Virus record (IMG/VR): IMGVR_UViG_3300011400_000003
Location: 1-60,337 of that record
Length of the DNA stretch: 60,337 nt
Reading direction: 5' to 3' (one strand)
Source: a virus
Lineage: Duplodnaviria; Caudoviricetes
Both the position numbers and the translations under genes were made by a program. A model generated the notes under the pieces. That model saw only the letters and a list, made by a program, of their open reading frames with translations. It was not told the origin of the DNA and did no database searches. Below are positions 17,736 through 27,398 of this stretch, in pieces (the stretch's first letter is position 1; every line of letters begins with the position of its first letter).

Positions 17736-17954
17736 TTAAAGATCTAGTGCTGATCGAACGGCAGCGTCCTTTGCTTCTAAAAGTTTACGAAGTGCCACTG
17801 ACTTCTCTGGTCCATCTGGTAGATTGTCTTCAGTCCACCAGGCTAAATTTCTAAACTGTCGACTCACCCCCTGTAGATTCTCTGGAAGATGTTCATGTGC
17901 AAAATATCGCATAATGGGGCTGTGCCCAAGTTCCTCAAGTTTGTCGTGATCCAC
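17736..17954 (-). CDS. Acb2/Tad1-like helical-hairpin protein (putative nucleotide-signal sponge)
   Basis: F.H.HLP...F..LA...LPDGPEKSVALRKLLEAKD resembles the Acb2/Tad1 C-terminal helix pattern. Confidence 0.5.
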   Translation of the reverse strand: MDHDKLEELGHSPIMRYFAHEHLPENLQGVSRQFRNLAWWTEDNLPDGPEKSVALRKLLEAKDAAVRSALDL

Positions 17955-18505
17955 TAATCAGTTTTCCTTTCTGCAGTTTGATGGATCATACTTTCATCTA
18001 ATTTCTTACCAGCAGTTTCAGACAATAAGTAATATGTTTTAAAACAATCGTCGTTAGTAAAAGCTTCTGGATTACGGATACTCTGCCAACACGGAGTATC
18101 TCCCATTTCAACACTCATCCACTCAGTTGGTTCGTCTGTAAGTGGTGTGAGATTTTTGTACTGAAGAAGAGCATTCAACATTGGAATAGCAACTGAAGAA
18201 GAACCTCCAGAATGACCATATGTAGTGAATCCTTCGACGGCCGCAATGATACTGGCATTGAAATCTTCATCATTACCAGCAAGATCCAACTCTCGCATAG
18301 CATGAAGGACAAGATTTGAAGGTTCCACGGCTTTCTTTTCAAGAAGTCTTATAACTTCATCAGCTGTTCCTCCAACTACAGAAAGAATCTGCATTTCAGA
18401 AATATCCTCGAATACTTCTTTGACAACACCCATCCGTGTTGCTAGGTCCAATTCTAACAAAATTTTACGAGGAAAACTAAATATAATTACTGTTTGATCG
18501 TTCAT
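17954..18505 (-). CDS. Conserved phage protein (GHSGGS motif)
   Basis: F..YGHSGGS...LTPLT...EW. Confidence 0.65.
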   Translation of the reverse strand: MNDQTVIIFSFPRKILLELDLATRMGVVKEVFEDISEMQILSVVGGTADEVIRLLEKKAVEPSNLVLHAMRELDLAGNDEDFNASIIAAVEGFTTYGHSGGSSSVAIPMLNALLQYKNLTPLTDEPTEWMSVEMGDTPCWQSIRNPEAFTNDDCFKTYYLLSETAGKKLDESMIHQTAERKTD

Positions 18506-18705
18506 TAAGTCTCCTCTCGGTCTGGTAATCGTGCAGCAATAGCATCTACCTTTGTTTCTAATTTATTAATTACTTCAAAAATAGCACTTTCTTTTGCCTG
18601 TTTTAGATCTTCTCTTAACTGATTACCCATCTTGTCGGCTTCGTCCTTGAGGTGTTGTACTTTCGAGTCGATCCTCTCGTTCATCTCAAACCAAGGATCA
18701 CCCAT
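18505..18705 (-). CDS. Small coiled-coil protein
   Basis: TAATG-coupled; GAGGAG RBS. Confidence 0.6.
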   Translation of the reverse strand: MGDPWFEMNERIDSKVQHLKDEADKMGNQLREDLKQAKESAIFEVINKLETKVDAIAARLPDREET

Positions 18706-19169
18706 TATCGCTCCTCGAGTTGTGCGTACTTCAACTCCAAAGGATCTTCGTCAATAGTTACGAACATGGTCTTCAAATATGCTGCAGTACCTGACTTACC
18801 TGTGGCTTCGATGTTCCAATCATAAGGTCGAAATATAATGTCAACTTGCTTGAACTCCACCGAATCCAAAACGCCGATCAAACCTTCGTCCAAGAGCGTA
18901 CGACCAGTAGAGGTGATCATGTATACCTTCGGTGGCCTGACCTTGTACTTAACCTTAATTTGGAGAGTAATCAACTCATCGTCGCCCTCTTCTCTAGGCT
19001 CACGAGTCTTAACGTTCCATCCATCTTTGGCTAAATTGGATGCCGTCTCTTGATCTAAAATAACACAGAAGTTTCGATCACCAGATCGATTAAATGGCTT
19101 TTCCTCCCCGGAGAAATTTGGCCAAATAACTTCTACATCTTCCATAACAACATTGACTTCAGGATCCAT
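18705..19169 (-). CDS. ssb: Single-stranded DNA-binding protein
   Basis: NFSG...GDRNF, GWNVK, AYLKTMFVTIDED; located in the replication operon. Confidence 0.7.
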   Translation of the reverse strand: MDPEVNVVMEDVEVIWPNFSGEEKPFNRSGDRNFCVILDQETASNLAKDGWNVKTREPREEGDDELITLQIKVKYKVRPPKVYMITSTGRTLLDEGLIGVLDSVEFKQVDIIFRPYDWNIEATGKSGTAAYLKTMFVTIDEDPLELKYAQLEER

Positions 19170-19425
19170 TGCTCTTAGTCCCTTCGTATGTAATACATTG
19201 AATTGCGGTCCAAGGAATTTCTACAACTCCACCAATATCTCTATCAACAGAAACCATGATTGGATGAGCGTATGCATCTCTAACAAGCCAAACAACTTTA
19301 CCAACAAAAACTCCACCAAGTAAGGTGAACCTCCAAATATGATTCTTGTACTCTGGTTCTAGACTATCAAACGTCTTAAGAAAGAACGGCTTGTCATCAT
19401 CCATGCTTAGGCCACTCCTCGACAT
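19159..19425 (-). CDS. Hypothetical protein
   Basis: Packed ORF; probable start MDDDK. Confidence 0.5.
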   Translation of the reverse strand: MSRSGLSMDDDKPFFLKTFDSLEPEYKNHIWRFTLLGGVFVGKVVWLVRDAYAHPIMVSVDRDIGGVVEIPWTAIQCITYEGTKSNGS

Positions 19426-19582
19426 ACCCAGCAGCTATTAAATCTTCAGGAATCCTACCCCAAGTCCCATAGATCAAAATATGAGTGTCGATGTCTCCAT
19501 CTTTCTTAAGAATAAAACTCCGGTTCCCCAAGAGTACACGGATCCTTCGGTAAATCTTGAACTGAATCAGATGTCTTCGCAT
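19397..19582 (-). CDS. Hypothetical protein
   Basis: Packed ORF. Confidence 0.4.
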   Translation of the reverse strand: MRRHLIQFKIYRRIRVLLGNRSFILKKDGDIDTHILIYGTWGRIPEDLIAAGYVEEWPKHG

Positions 19583-19709
19583 TCATTCCTCTATTCGGTT
19601 TGTAGAAATATAGAATTAGCCGTCGAATAGCGTTCGCTACATCAAACTCTTTACGTCTTATAGCATCGAACAAAGCAACCTTAGCTTCTTGATACTCATT
19701 CTGGTTCAC
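19506..19709 (-). CDS. Hypothetical protein
   Basis: Overlaps the polymerase stop. Confidence 0.4.
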   Translation of the reverse strand: MNQNEYQEAKVALFDAIRRKEFDVANAIRRLILYFYKPNRGMNAKTSDSVQDLPKDPCTLGEPEFYS

Positions 19710-22700
19710 AGATGTTCACCCCGTCTTTAGCCAAGACAAGAAAAGCTTCGATTCCTTCTACTTCATCGAATTGACTTAGAGCGTCAACAGCTTTTTGTTC
19801 CAGCGTCTTGAAATATGTCATGTCTACGACCAAAACGCCTTCTTCATCACGCTTCTTAGCGGTTTCACGATCGATCCACAAATATCCCTTTGTCCCAGTG
19901 ACCGCATACTTCTTGTCTTCGTTGATGCGCCACAAGATTCCTCCACCATCCATGACCGGAACAAAACTTCCAGTTCGACCAACGTGCACCATATCTTTAG
20001 CTTCCGGATCTTCCTTACCAGAAAAGTCTAGGTACATGGTTCCTTTTTGGACGTTCTTGGTCTCACAGTAGTCGTCAAATATGATTGGCTTATCTGGATC
20101 GAACAACTTCTTGAACACGTACTTGTGCTGGAATTGTGCACCAACAGTGGTCCATTCTACACAATCTCTAGCAACATAGACTGCATCGTTAACTAAGAAG
20201 AACCTCACATAAGTATTTTCGAGTTCAAAGTCATAGCCATACTTCTTACCATAGTGAATAACAAAATCGACGATCTCTTTCGTAGCGTCAGGAATCTTAA
20301 TCGAATCGGTCTTAATATGAATTACCTTAAACCCTTTGCTTTGCACCTCGTGCTTAAGGTTAATCATAAACAAAGCGCCACGCTTCGCTACAATGTTATC
20401 TTTGTTACGGATGTCACGAAACGAGTTGGTAAACCTTGCACTCGTGAGACCATAGACGATGTTGATGACGATTTTAAGAGCATAGGAAAGATCCGCAGCG
20501 TGTTGATCGTCCCCCAAAAACTGGGCGAGCTTGCCGTCAAGCAGAGTCCTCGCCTTTTCGTAGTCCTTATGCTTGATTGCCATACGAGCATCTTTGAGTT
20601 CCGAGAACTTATGGGTGTATGGTCCAAAAAGATCGAGTAATTCGATACTCGTCGGATGCATACTCGCCACGTCCAAAACGGCGACATGCTCATAGATACC
20701 AGGCTCGGCATAAACATATCCACCTTCACCCGTTGTTTCTCCACGATACTTGCTCTCCATTCCATTAAATTCGTATCCTGGAAACATTTCACTTAGATCT
20801 GTATAAACAAATTGACTCTGAGGTTCACGATTGTCGCCAAATATAATCTTCGCTGTGTGTGTCTGTGTTGTGTGATTAACAGAAAGACCAGACAGCTCCG
20901 AAAGAATTTGCCGAGCTACGAAGTCCTGCTTTCGATCTTCGAATACTGCTTCTGTTCCAATCACATCATTCACACAATAGTCTTCAACAATCTTCCATTT
21001 TTCGGGCGGAACCGGTTCGTTATATGGAAGATCTAACTCCATGTGATGAAGACCTAATTCAATCATGAACTTCTTCAACCCTTGCTTCTTTGAGCTGAAG
21101 TCATAAATATCCGTATAGGATAGGTTATACGCCTCACCAAAGAAAGCATCCCTGTTGTTTCCCCCACCTATAAGCCTAATGCTTAATCGATGTAGTTCCT
21201 CAAGACCGAATCCTAAGAATCGAGCATAAAGAATATGATTGTCGTATCTACGATTGTTGAATCCGATAAGCTTCATTTCAAATAATGCTTCGACATCTTT
21301 TGATTCAGGGTTGATCATTCTAACAACGGTATCAGATCCTTGAACTTTCCAGCACACTACAAACAAATTAGGATATACCTCAACATCGTAGAACACTAAA
21401 GGTGCATTATCTACGACAACTTCAGGCATTGTGTTTTCGGACATAAATTTCATCTCTTGAACTAATCTCATACATGTTGCTGCATGGTGTGTACTCTTTG
21501 CTGCGAACGTTAAAATATCCGATCGCATGTCACGAACGTCATACGGTATTCCAGCAGCATAAACCTCATCAAGAATATCATGAATGAAGTCTACTGAAGA
21601 TTTAGTTCCAGCATGAATCTCTTTCCGAAGGTTCCTAGCAATTAAATCTCGAAGGCCCTTTTCACTTTGGATGCTCTTGTTACTGATCAAGGGCTTCTCC
21701 TTCTTAGGCAATCCTCCAGCCAGAGGCGTAATATTCACGTTATTGCTTGCTGTAACTTTTCTTCTAAGCGACGAGTCGCCCAAGAGAGACTTGATTTCAA
21801 TACCGGGTTCATAGGACGAAGCAAGCTCTCGAACGTCACCGCCGGCATATACATAATGCAAGTGAATACCAAACCCGGACTTACTAACCTCTGCGTAGGT
21901 GGCAGGCCAAGTTGACGCTTTAGCACAATTTAACTCCAGACTTTTGTTTCCGTCTTCGTCTGTTAGATCGAAGTCGATGATAATATGATTCTCTGGAACC
22001 TTTACATAATGTAGTTTACTTGTATCTAGATCCGACAACGTTGTGGTAACCTCTGCCCAGCGCTTTTCTGGAAACCCATCTGCATTTGCATATTGAGCAG
22101 GCAACCCAGGATTTTGTTCGTCAAATATAGAAGGACCTTCTCTAAGTTCAATTTCATATTGGCCCTCCGGTTTTATTGGAAATTCAGCGGCTGGCGCCAA
22201 GCTTTCCAAATGCTTAAACCCACGATAGTAGCTACGGACATTGACCCCATCAACACGAGCCTTCTCTTCGAAAATATAGAAGTAATTCTTGAGTTCCTCT
22301 CTAAGTTTGTATTGCGGGAGCCGTCGTTCGATCCCTGTGTCATCACACCATTCCTTATATAGTTGCCAAGCTCGCTTAAGTGTTATTGCATCTTCTGCTT
22401 TAAATATGTCGAAGCAAGATTCCACAAAGTTGTAAAACACATCTGTCTGAAGCATCATCTCTGTGGGTCGGTAACCACCGTAGTAATTCTTACCCATTGA
22501 AATATAACGTTGCAAACAGTGGTATGCAATTGCACCAAGTTCGAACTCAATTTGGTCCATTAATCTGAAATATGTATCGTGTTCGATCGTTCGTTGCGTA
22601 GGTACAACGTCGATTAGTCTTCTAATGATTCCGGATTTTGCGTCCGAGATTCGTACAGGAACGTTCGTCCCCATGAAGAGGAATGCATTTGACTTTGTCT

Positions 22701-23490
22701 CGAACGGTGTCTTGTACTTTTCGTTGACTGTGAGGGTCTCGTGTGCAACAATTGAATTAAGTTTGGTGTTGTCGTAGATTCTGGAGAGGTCCCCATCGTG
22801 TTGTATAGCAACCAGTGGATTTGATCGGAAAGCGGCAGTGGCAAACGCATTGTTGCTGCCGGCCAACTCCCTAGCGTCAAATACGCTGCAGTATCCTTTG
22901 AAGAGGGCTCCGATAATGTTAAGCACAGTAGACTTCCCACTACCTGGCGGCCCATAGAATACGAGAAACTTCTGTATGTATTTGGAATCCCCATGAACAA
23001 TCGCACCAATTGCCCATTCAATCTTGGATCTTTCTTCCTCATTATATAACGTTCCCACCAAGGTAGACCAGGCAAGGCACTCCGAGTTAGTAAGTGAATA
23101 GGATAATCGCTTACTCGCATAATCTTCCTTTCTGACTTCCGTGTCAGCAAATATAAGTGTTTCATCCAAATTGTGATAATTCATTCCGCTGTTGCGGACG
23201 AAACGCTGAAATTCATCCCAAAGCTTAGTGCTATTGACTTCCATTCGTGCAACTTTGTAGGTTACATTGTGCTTCTTGCTTAAGTGATCTGCATAGTCTT
23301 GTAAGTCTTGATCTACTAGACGTTGGACATCGTAAATATCCGTTGACCAGAGGCCTCGTTCAGCATCCCAGATTGCATAGAACGAACCACCACGAGTCAT
23401 CAGATCTTTTGATTTTCCAACCTTCCAGTCTGGACGAACTTGGAGGGTCCCGTCCTTCTTTTCATTGATAACAATGGTGTAAAAGTCCAC
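19696..23490 (-). CDS. Fused replicase: SF3 helicase + AEP-type primase + 3'-5' exonuclease + family B-like DNA polymerase
   Basis: YGPPGSGKST; IDFD...SKSGFGIHLHY; FYDVEV, GFNNRRYD, YCVNDV; LDVASMHP, KIVINIVYG, KTDS. Confidence 0.9.
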   Translation of the reverse strand: MDFYTIVINEKKDGTLQVRPDWKVGKSKDLMTRGGSFYAIWDAERGLWSTDIYDVQRLVDQDLQDYADHLSKKHNVTYKVARMEVNSTKLWDEFQRFVRNSGMNYHNLDETLIFADTEVRKEDYASKRLSYSLTNSECLAWSTLVGTLYNEEERSKIEWAIGAIVHGDSKYIQKFLVFYGPPGSGKSTVLNIIGALFKGYCSVFDARELAGSNNAFATAAFRSNPLVAIQHDGDLSRIYDNTKLNSIVAHETLTVNEKYKTPFETKSNAFLFMGTNVPVRISDAKSGIIRRLIDVVPTQRTIEHDTYFRLMDQIEFELGAIAYHCLQRYISMGKNYYGGYRPTEMMLQTDVFYNFVESCFDIFKAEDAITLKRAWQLYKEWCDDTGIERRLPQYKLREELKNYFYIFEEKARVDGVNVRSYYRGFKHLESLAPAAEFPIKPEGQYEIELREGPSIFDEQNPGLPAQYANADGFPEKRWAEVTTTLSDLDTSKLHYVKVPENHIIIDFDLTDEDGNKSLELNCAKASTWPATYAEVSKSGFGIHLHYVYAGGDVRELASSYEPGIEIKSLLGDSSLRRKVTASNNVNITPLAGGLPKKEKPLISNKSIQSEKGLRDLIARNLRKEIHAGTKSSVDFIHDILDEVYAAGIPYDVRDMRSDILTFAAKSTHHAATCMRLVQEMKFMSENTMPEVVVDNAPLVFYDVEVYPNLFVVCWKVQGSDTVVRMINPESKDVEALFEMKLIGFNNRRYDNHILYARFLGFGLEELHRLSIRLIGGGNNRDAFFGEAYNLSYTDIYDFSSKKQGLKKFMIELGLHHMELDLPYNEPVPPEKWKIVEDYCVNDVIGTEAVFEDRKQDFVARQILSELSGLSVNHTTQTHTAKIIFGDNREPQSQFVYTDLSEMFPGYEFNGMESKYRGETTGEGGYVYAEPGIYEHVAVLDVASMHPTSIELLDLFGPYTHKFSELKDARMAIKHKDYEKARTLLDGKLAQFLGDDQHAADLSYALKIVINIVYGLTSARFTNSFRDIRNKDNIVAKRGALFMINLKHEVQSKGFKVIHIKTDSIKIPDATKEIVDFVIHYGKKYGYDFELENTYVRFFLVNDAVYVARDCVEWTTVGAQFQHKYVFKKLFDPDKPIIFDDYCETKNVQKGTMYLDFSGKEDPEAKDMVHVGRTGSFVPVMDGGGILWRINEDKKYAVTGTKGYLWIDRETAKKRDEEGVLVVDMTYFKTLEQKAVDALSQFDEVEGIEAFLVLAKDGVNICEPE

Positions 23491-23499
23491 AACCCTCCC

Positions 23500-24021
23500 T
23501 TACAATAAGTGTCGGCGTTGAATATACTCACAGAATTGATACCAAATTTCTATTACCCTTTGATCGTTCGGAGTTTCTTCAATCGGAAACATACCACCAA
23601 ATCCGTTTGGTTCGTATGCTCTCCATGTAAAGGCATATAGAACGTCCTCGATTAACGGTACGTCCGATTCAGATATGCGCTTGAATCTATCCAATCCAAG
23701 ATTGGTAAGAAATTCCCAAAACCAATCCCTTGCTGGAATATCCGTTTGAAACGATGCCCTATTTGCAAAAGCAATCCAAACCTCAAGTATAGAGATAGGA
23801 ATCGCATCTAGTGCGTTACGTTTAATCGAACGCCTTCTTAAAAAGTCTCGTCTGATCTCCAATCCATCTGCGTATCTATGTTCATCAGCAGGAACCTCTT
23901 TGACCCATGTAAACGGAGTACCAAACAAAATATCCATAAGTTGAGCGTAATCTCGAGTATTAGGATCTAATACCTTCGCACAGAGCCAACTGAAGTATAC
24001 ATCTTCAAGAGGCTCATTCAT
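23500..24021 (-). CDS. Conserved hypothetical protein
   Basis: GGMFP...DQRVIEIWYQ; directly upstream of the replicase. Confidence 0.7.
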   Translation of the reverse strand: MNEPLEDVYFSWLCAKVLDPNTRDYAQLMDILFGTPFTWVKEVPADEHRYADGLEIRRDFLRRRSIKRNALDAIPISILEVWIAFANRASFQTDIPARDWFWEFLTNLGLDRFKRISESDVPLIEDVLYAFTWRAYEPNGFGGMFPIEETPNDQRVIEIWYQFCEYIQRRHLL

Positions 24022-24023
24022 AA

Positions 24024-24713
24024 CTATCTCTCTCTAAATTTTCTATCTGATGAATGTTTAAGATCCGTTGTAGATGCCTGTTCTTCAATTTCGTTGCCAA
24101 GAACTTCTACAGAGTAATGACCCGGATCTCTAATCACTTCGTATTCAGCAAGAAGCTTAGAATTTCGAATATAAACAACGTTCGGATCTTTGGATCCGTG
24201 TCCAAACAGTAACGGACCTAGAATTACTCCAGGATTATAAATTGGTACATTGTCTTCGTCTACTAAAATATCATCTCCAGCGTAATACGTTAGATTTGAT
24301 TGACGATACTCTCGTTCATCCGTAATGAACTCATCCTGATGAAGAATGTATGGTGCTTCCTCTGTGCGTTTACTAGTTTCATCTTCCCAATTCCACACTG
24401 TTCCGTCAGAATCAGTATCAAATATGGTTCGATGTTCTGGTTCTACTGGTTCGCCAAGAGTTTGTTCAATGAATGTCTTTCCTTTTTCAATTACTTCTGA
24501 AAATTCATCTGGAATATCAGTATCGGTTTCTTCTTCAGTATCAGAAACTACAGCTAAATCGCTCATGTCCCAATCTTGTGCAGGAACTGCATGAATGAAT
24601 TTTTGTTGACGCTTACCTAGCAAATATCCGATTCCAAAACCAATACCTAATGCAATAGCTCCTACAATTGCGACAGTTGGATCCGGACGTGGTTTCAAAA
24701 TTTCATCATCCAT
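24024..24713 (-). CDS. Membrane-anchored hypothetical protein
   Basis: N-terminal TM; PYI, LTYYAGD, VYIRN..EYEV. Confidence 0.7.
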   Translation of the reverse strand: MDDEILKPRPDPTVAIVGAIALGIGFGIGYLLGKRQQKFIHAVPAQDWDMSDLAVVSDTEEETDTDIPDEFSEVIEKGKTFIEQTLGEPVEPEHRTIFDTDSDGTVWNWEDETSKRTEEAPYILHQDEFITDEREYRQSNLTYYAGDDILVDEDNVPIYNPGVILGPLLFGHGSKDPNVVYIRNSKLLAEYEVIRDPGHYSVEVLGNEIEEQASTTDLKHSSDRKFRER

Positions 24714-25615
24714 TATGCCTCATCAATCAGATTCCAGACTTCACCATCTACATTGAAGTCAAGCCAAATTGCGGGTTCCCAATTACCTACGCCTTGCTCG
24801 TTTATCCCTTCCCAAATATGGAAATCGATGTATCCATCACCAGGACCGTTCTTGACCCAACCGACAATTGCTCCAATACTACTACGCTCCATACCAAGAG
24901 AATCATATACATCATTTAACAATAGATGACCGTTGGCTTGAAGTCGTTGAGAAGCAATATTCTGTTGACACATCAAGAAATTACGGTTTATTTCTGAACT
25001 GTTTACCCAATTACGATTGTGTTCGTCAAATAACCGTGCGTACGGAGAATGCTTACTCGGATTTACAGTTTCAATAGTCTTCTTCTTACCATCAATTTCA
25101 ATAACTTGCTTCTCTGCATCCAAATATAATGCACGCTCACGTTCTTCACCAAGCTCTTCACGAACTCGAGCACGATATGCTTCGAACGCTTCCATAACAG
25201 CAGCGAGTGTTGCAGAAAGCGCAGCATTACGTTTGGTCAACTGAACATGAGAACCAGTCAAACACGCAATAGAAACACTACCGAGAATAATCGAAGGACC
25301 ATACAACTTACAAATTTTAAGTGCGCCCTTCGTATACACATACATTACATCTCTACGGTATTCTGCTTGTGTATACCGTACAGGATTTTCACTTGTCTCA
25401 GCAAGTTCACTGTAACCACCAACGTCAGTTACAGAATTGAAGTCATCTTTAATCTCGTCAACCACATCGCCTAATCTTAAAGTTGCTCGAGATGAAAGGA
25501 ATGCTGTTCCAATCACTCCAAATACTCCACCTACGAACAGAATATGCGGAGAATTCTTTTTTGTTTTCAGAATTGTTCTAGCAAGTTTGCTAGACACAGA
25601 AGTAGGTAGTTTCAT
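24713..25615 (-). CDS. DUF6353-like membrane-associated protein
   Basis: KNSPHIL-TM...LYGPSI...GHLLLNDVYDSLG...GW...LDFNVDG. Confidence 0.75.
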   Translation of the reverse strand: MKLPTSVSSKLARTILKTKKNSPHILFVGGVFGVIGTAFLSSRATLRLGDVVDEIKDDFNSVTDVGGYSELAETSENPVRYTQAEYRRDVMYVYTKGALKICKLYGPSIILGSVSIACLTGSHVQLTKRNAALSATLAAVMEAFEAYRARVREELGEERERALYLDAEKQVIEIDGKKKTIETVNPSKHSPYARLFDEHNRNWVNSSEINRNFLMCQQNIASQRLQANGHLLLNDVYDSLGMERSSIGAIVGWVKNGPGDGYIDFHIWEGINEQGVGNWEPAIWLDFNVDGEVWNLIDEA

Positions 25616-25634
25616 TCAGCAACCTTTCATTAAA

Positions 25635-25829
25635 TTATCGTTTGGCTGCACGCTTGCAGTTCTTACAACTGAAGACTGATGTCCAAAACTTCTTCATCTT
25701 CATTTCGAACGGTTCATAGTTGTCGTTTAAAATAAGACCACAAACAGTAACTTTTAATCCATTCACAATTTGCAAATGCTTTAGACGACTTACTTTGTGC
25801 TCAATGATTTTGTAATCAACATCCGTCAT
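25635..25829 (-). CDS. Small Zn-finger protein
   Basis: H...CG...CKNC. Confidence 0.55.
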   Translation of the reverse strand: MTDVDYKIIEHKVSRLKHLQIVNGLKVTVCGLILNDNYEPFEMKMKKFWTSVFSCKNCKRAAKR

Positions 25830-26089
25830 TACGGACCTTTCGTCGATTTAGGTTGAGGAAGAACTAACATGAATCCACTAGGAGGAACTTCTCTGATTTC
25901 AACATCTTTAAGTTCTGTCCATCCTACGTGTTCGTCTGTATGTACGGATGGTACTCCAACTAGACTCTTTAGATCGCCAAGAGTTACACACGAAAATTGA
26001 TCTATGATATCGCTCATGGCATCAAAAACTTTTACCGCTTCGTCTTTGGTTGCAAAAATATAATCAAACATTAGCAACCTTCCTTTCAT
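25829..26089 (-). CDS. Paralog of the C-terminal domain of 26086..26745
   Basis: ATKDEA...VTLGDL..LVG.P..HTDE..GW...LPQP. Confidence 0.7.
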   Translation of the reverse strand: MKGRLLMFDYIFATKDEAVKVFDAMSDIIDQFSCVTLGDLKSLVGVPSVHTDEHVGWTELKDVEIREVPPSGFMLVLPQPKSTKGP

Positions 26090-26745
26090 CCTCGCAGTGG
26101 TTGTGGTTGTGGTAGATCTAGCAAATATCCTTCACGAATCTGTTGAACCTGAGCACTTCGGATATCGTCCCAACCCCAAGCTTCATCTACGTGCGTCGCA
26201 GGAAGTCCAACCATGTTGTACAAGTCGCCCACGGTTACAGTCCCATACTGCTCGATGATGTTGCCCATCTGTTCGATGGTGCTATCTGCTTCATCCTTGG
26301 TCGCAAGAACCAAACCAGTATTCAGAGAATGCCTACTGGAATATCGTGGTCCAGTACCGAGTTGCTGTGGCGTTAGTCCTCGTCTATCGAGGTTGTCACC
26401 TCTACCAACTACAGAGCTGTATCCACGTTGCACAGGACTTTGGTATGAAATATGCGACGCCCTATACCCACGTTGCACCGCACGCTCACCAAACAACATA
26501 CGATCCACGCCTCTAGACGCACCATCAGCAAGCATATTCTTGAGCGCAGGAATCATCACGTCATAGAACACGTAGTTGGTCACGTTTCTAAAATCGGCAG
26601 CAACAAACATGTCCTTAAATCGTTGCCCAAGAGACTTCTTCTGAATGAGAACTTCTCCAGTTGTAACTCGTTCTACTTTCTTTTCTACCTTCTCACTTTC
26701 CTTTTTTGCTTTGTCTTTGTTAGAATTACTATAATTGTTAGGCAT
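26086..26745 (-). CDS. Conserved hypothetical protein
   Basis: ATKDEA...YGTVTVGDLYNMVGL...GW...LDLPQP. Confidence 0.75.
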   Translation of the reverse strand: MPNNYSNSNKDKAKKESEKVEKKVERVTTGEVLIQKKSLGQRFKDMFVAADFRNVTNYVFYDVMIPALKNMLADGASRGVDRMLFGERAVQRGYRASHISYQSPVQRGYSSVVGRGDNLDRRGLTPQQLGTGPRYSSRHSLNTGLVLATKDEADSTIEQMGNIIEQYGTVTVGDLYNMVGLPATHVDEAWGWDDIRSAQVQQIREGYLLDLPQPQPLRG

Positions 26746-26753
26746 TAGACTCC

Positions 26754-27197
26754 TTAATTATTTGTAGATGATGTCGGAGGCGCCTTAGGCTTATCCTGAT
26801 CTTGTAATTTCTTATTGAACTCGTCGATGTCCTTGGGCATAATTCCCTCAACAAATTTCGCTGCTGCTTCAGCATCTGTCATAAACTCAGTCATAATAGA
26901 TTCAAAAGCTAAACTTTGTACAAACTTCTCACGAAGTTCGTCCGATTTTTCAAATCTTTTTCCATCAGGAGATTTTACACCATAGGACATAAGAAGAACT
27001 TCTTTAATCTTTTTGAAAATTTCCTTTTCGTTTGACTCATCGATGATTCTTTGAAGGAACTTACCAAGCCCTCCTTCAATATCAACTTGCATTTCAAGAA
27101 GTTCTACCTTGGACAGATGAAACCAGCAAATATCAACTACTTCTTCATCATCCCAATTTTTATACTTGACATCAAGCTTCAACATCAGGCGCCTCAT
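26754..27197 (-). CDS. Conserved protein, possibly tail-assembly-chaperone-like
   Basis: SYGVKSPDGKRFEKS...FVQS...F..GIMP; start probably MLKLD. Confidence 0.6.
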   Translation of the reverse strand: MRRLMLKLDVKYKNWDDEEVVDICWFHLSKVELLEMQVDIEGGLGKFLQRIIDESNEKEIFKKIKEVLLMSYGVKSPDGKRFEKSDELREKFVQSLAFESIMTEFMTDAEAAAKFVEGIMPKDIDEFNKKLQDQDKPKAPPTSSTNN

Positions 27198-27348
27198 TTA
27201 AATTAGCGTATCTACGAGCAACAATAAATTTGTCGTAACCATCATCCACAAGCCGTGTGGCTACTGCAGTAATAATTAAAAGAATTGCTCCTTTCGCAAC
27301 ATCATCGAAAGCAGCTAGCATCTTTCGTCTAGCTTCCAATCTATTCAT
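27172..27348 (-). CDS. Small membrane protein (58 aa)
   Basis: MNRLEARRK...ILLIITAVA; AAGGAG RBS directly after the promoter. Confidence 0.6.
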   Translation of the reverse strand: MNRLEARRKMLAAFDDVAKGAILLIITAVATRLVDDGYDKFIVARRYANLNEAPDVEA

Positions 27349-27374
27349 AAAATATCTCCTTGTAGGGTCTTCCG

Positions 27375-27398
27375 TTATACGGCTTGTATAATTTGCGA
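27375..27398 (-). promoter_or_regulatory. Phage-specific promoter heading the replication operon
   Basis: TCGCAAATTATACAAGCCGTATAA. Confidence 0.8.

Noticed and set aside
19106-19119. CCCCGGAGAAATTT match to the genome end
   Set aside because: Encodes the conserved NFSG of the SSB; probably coincidental
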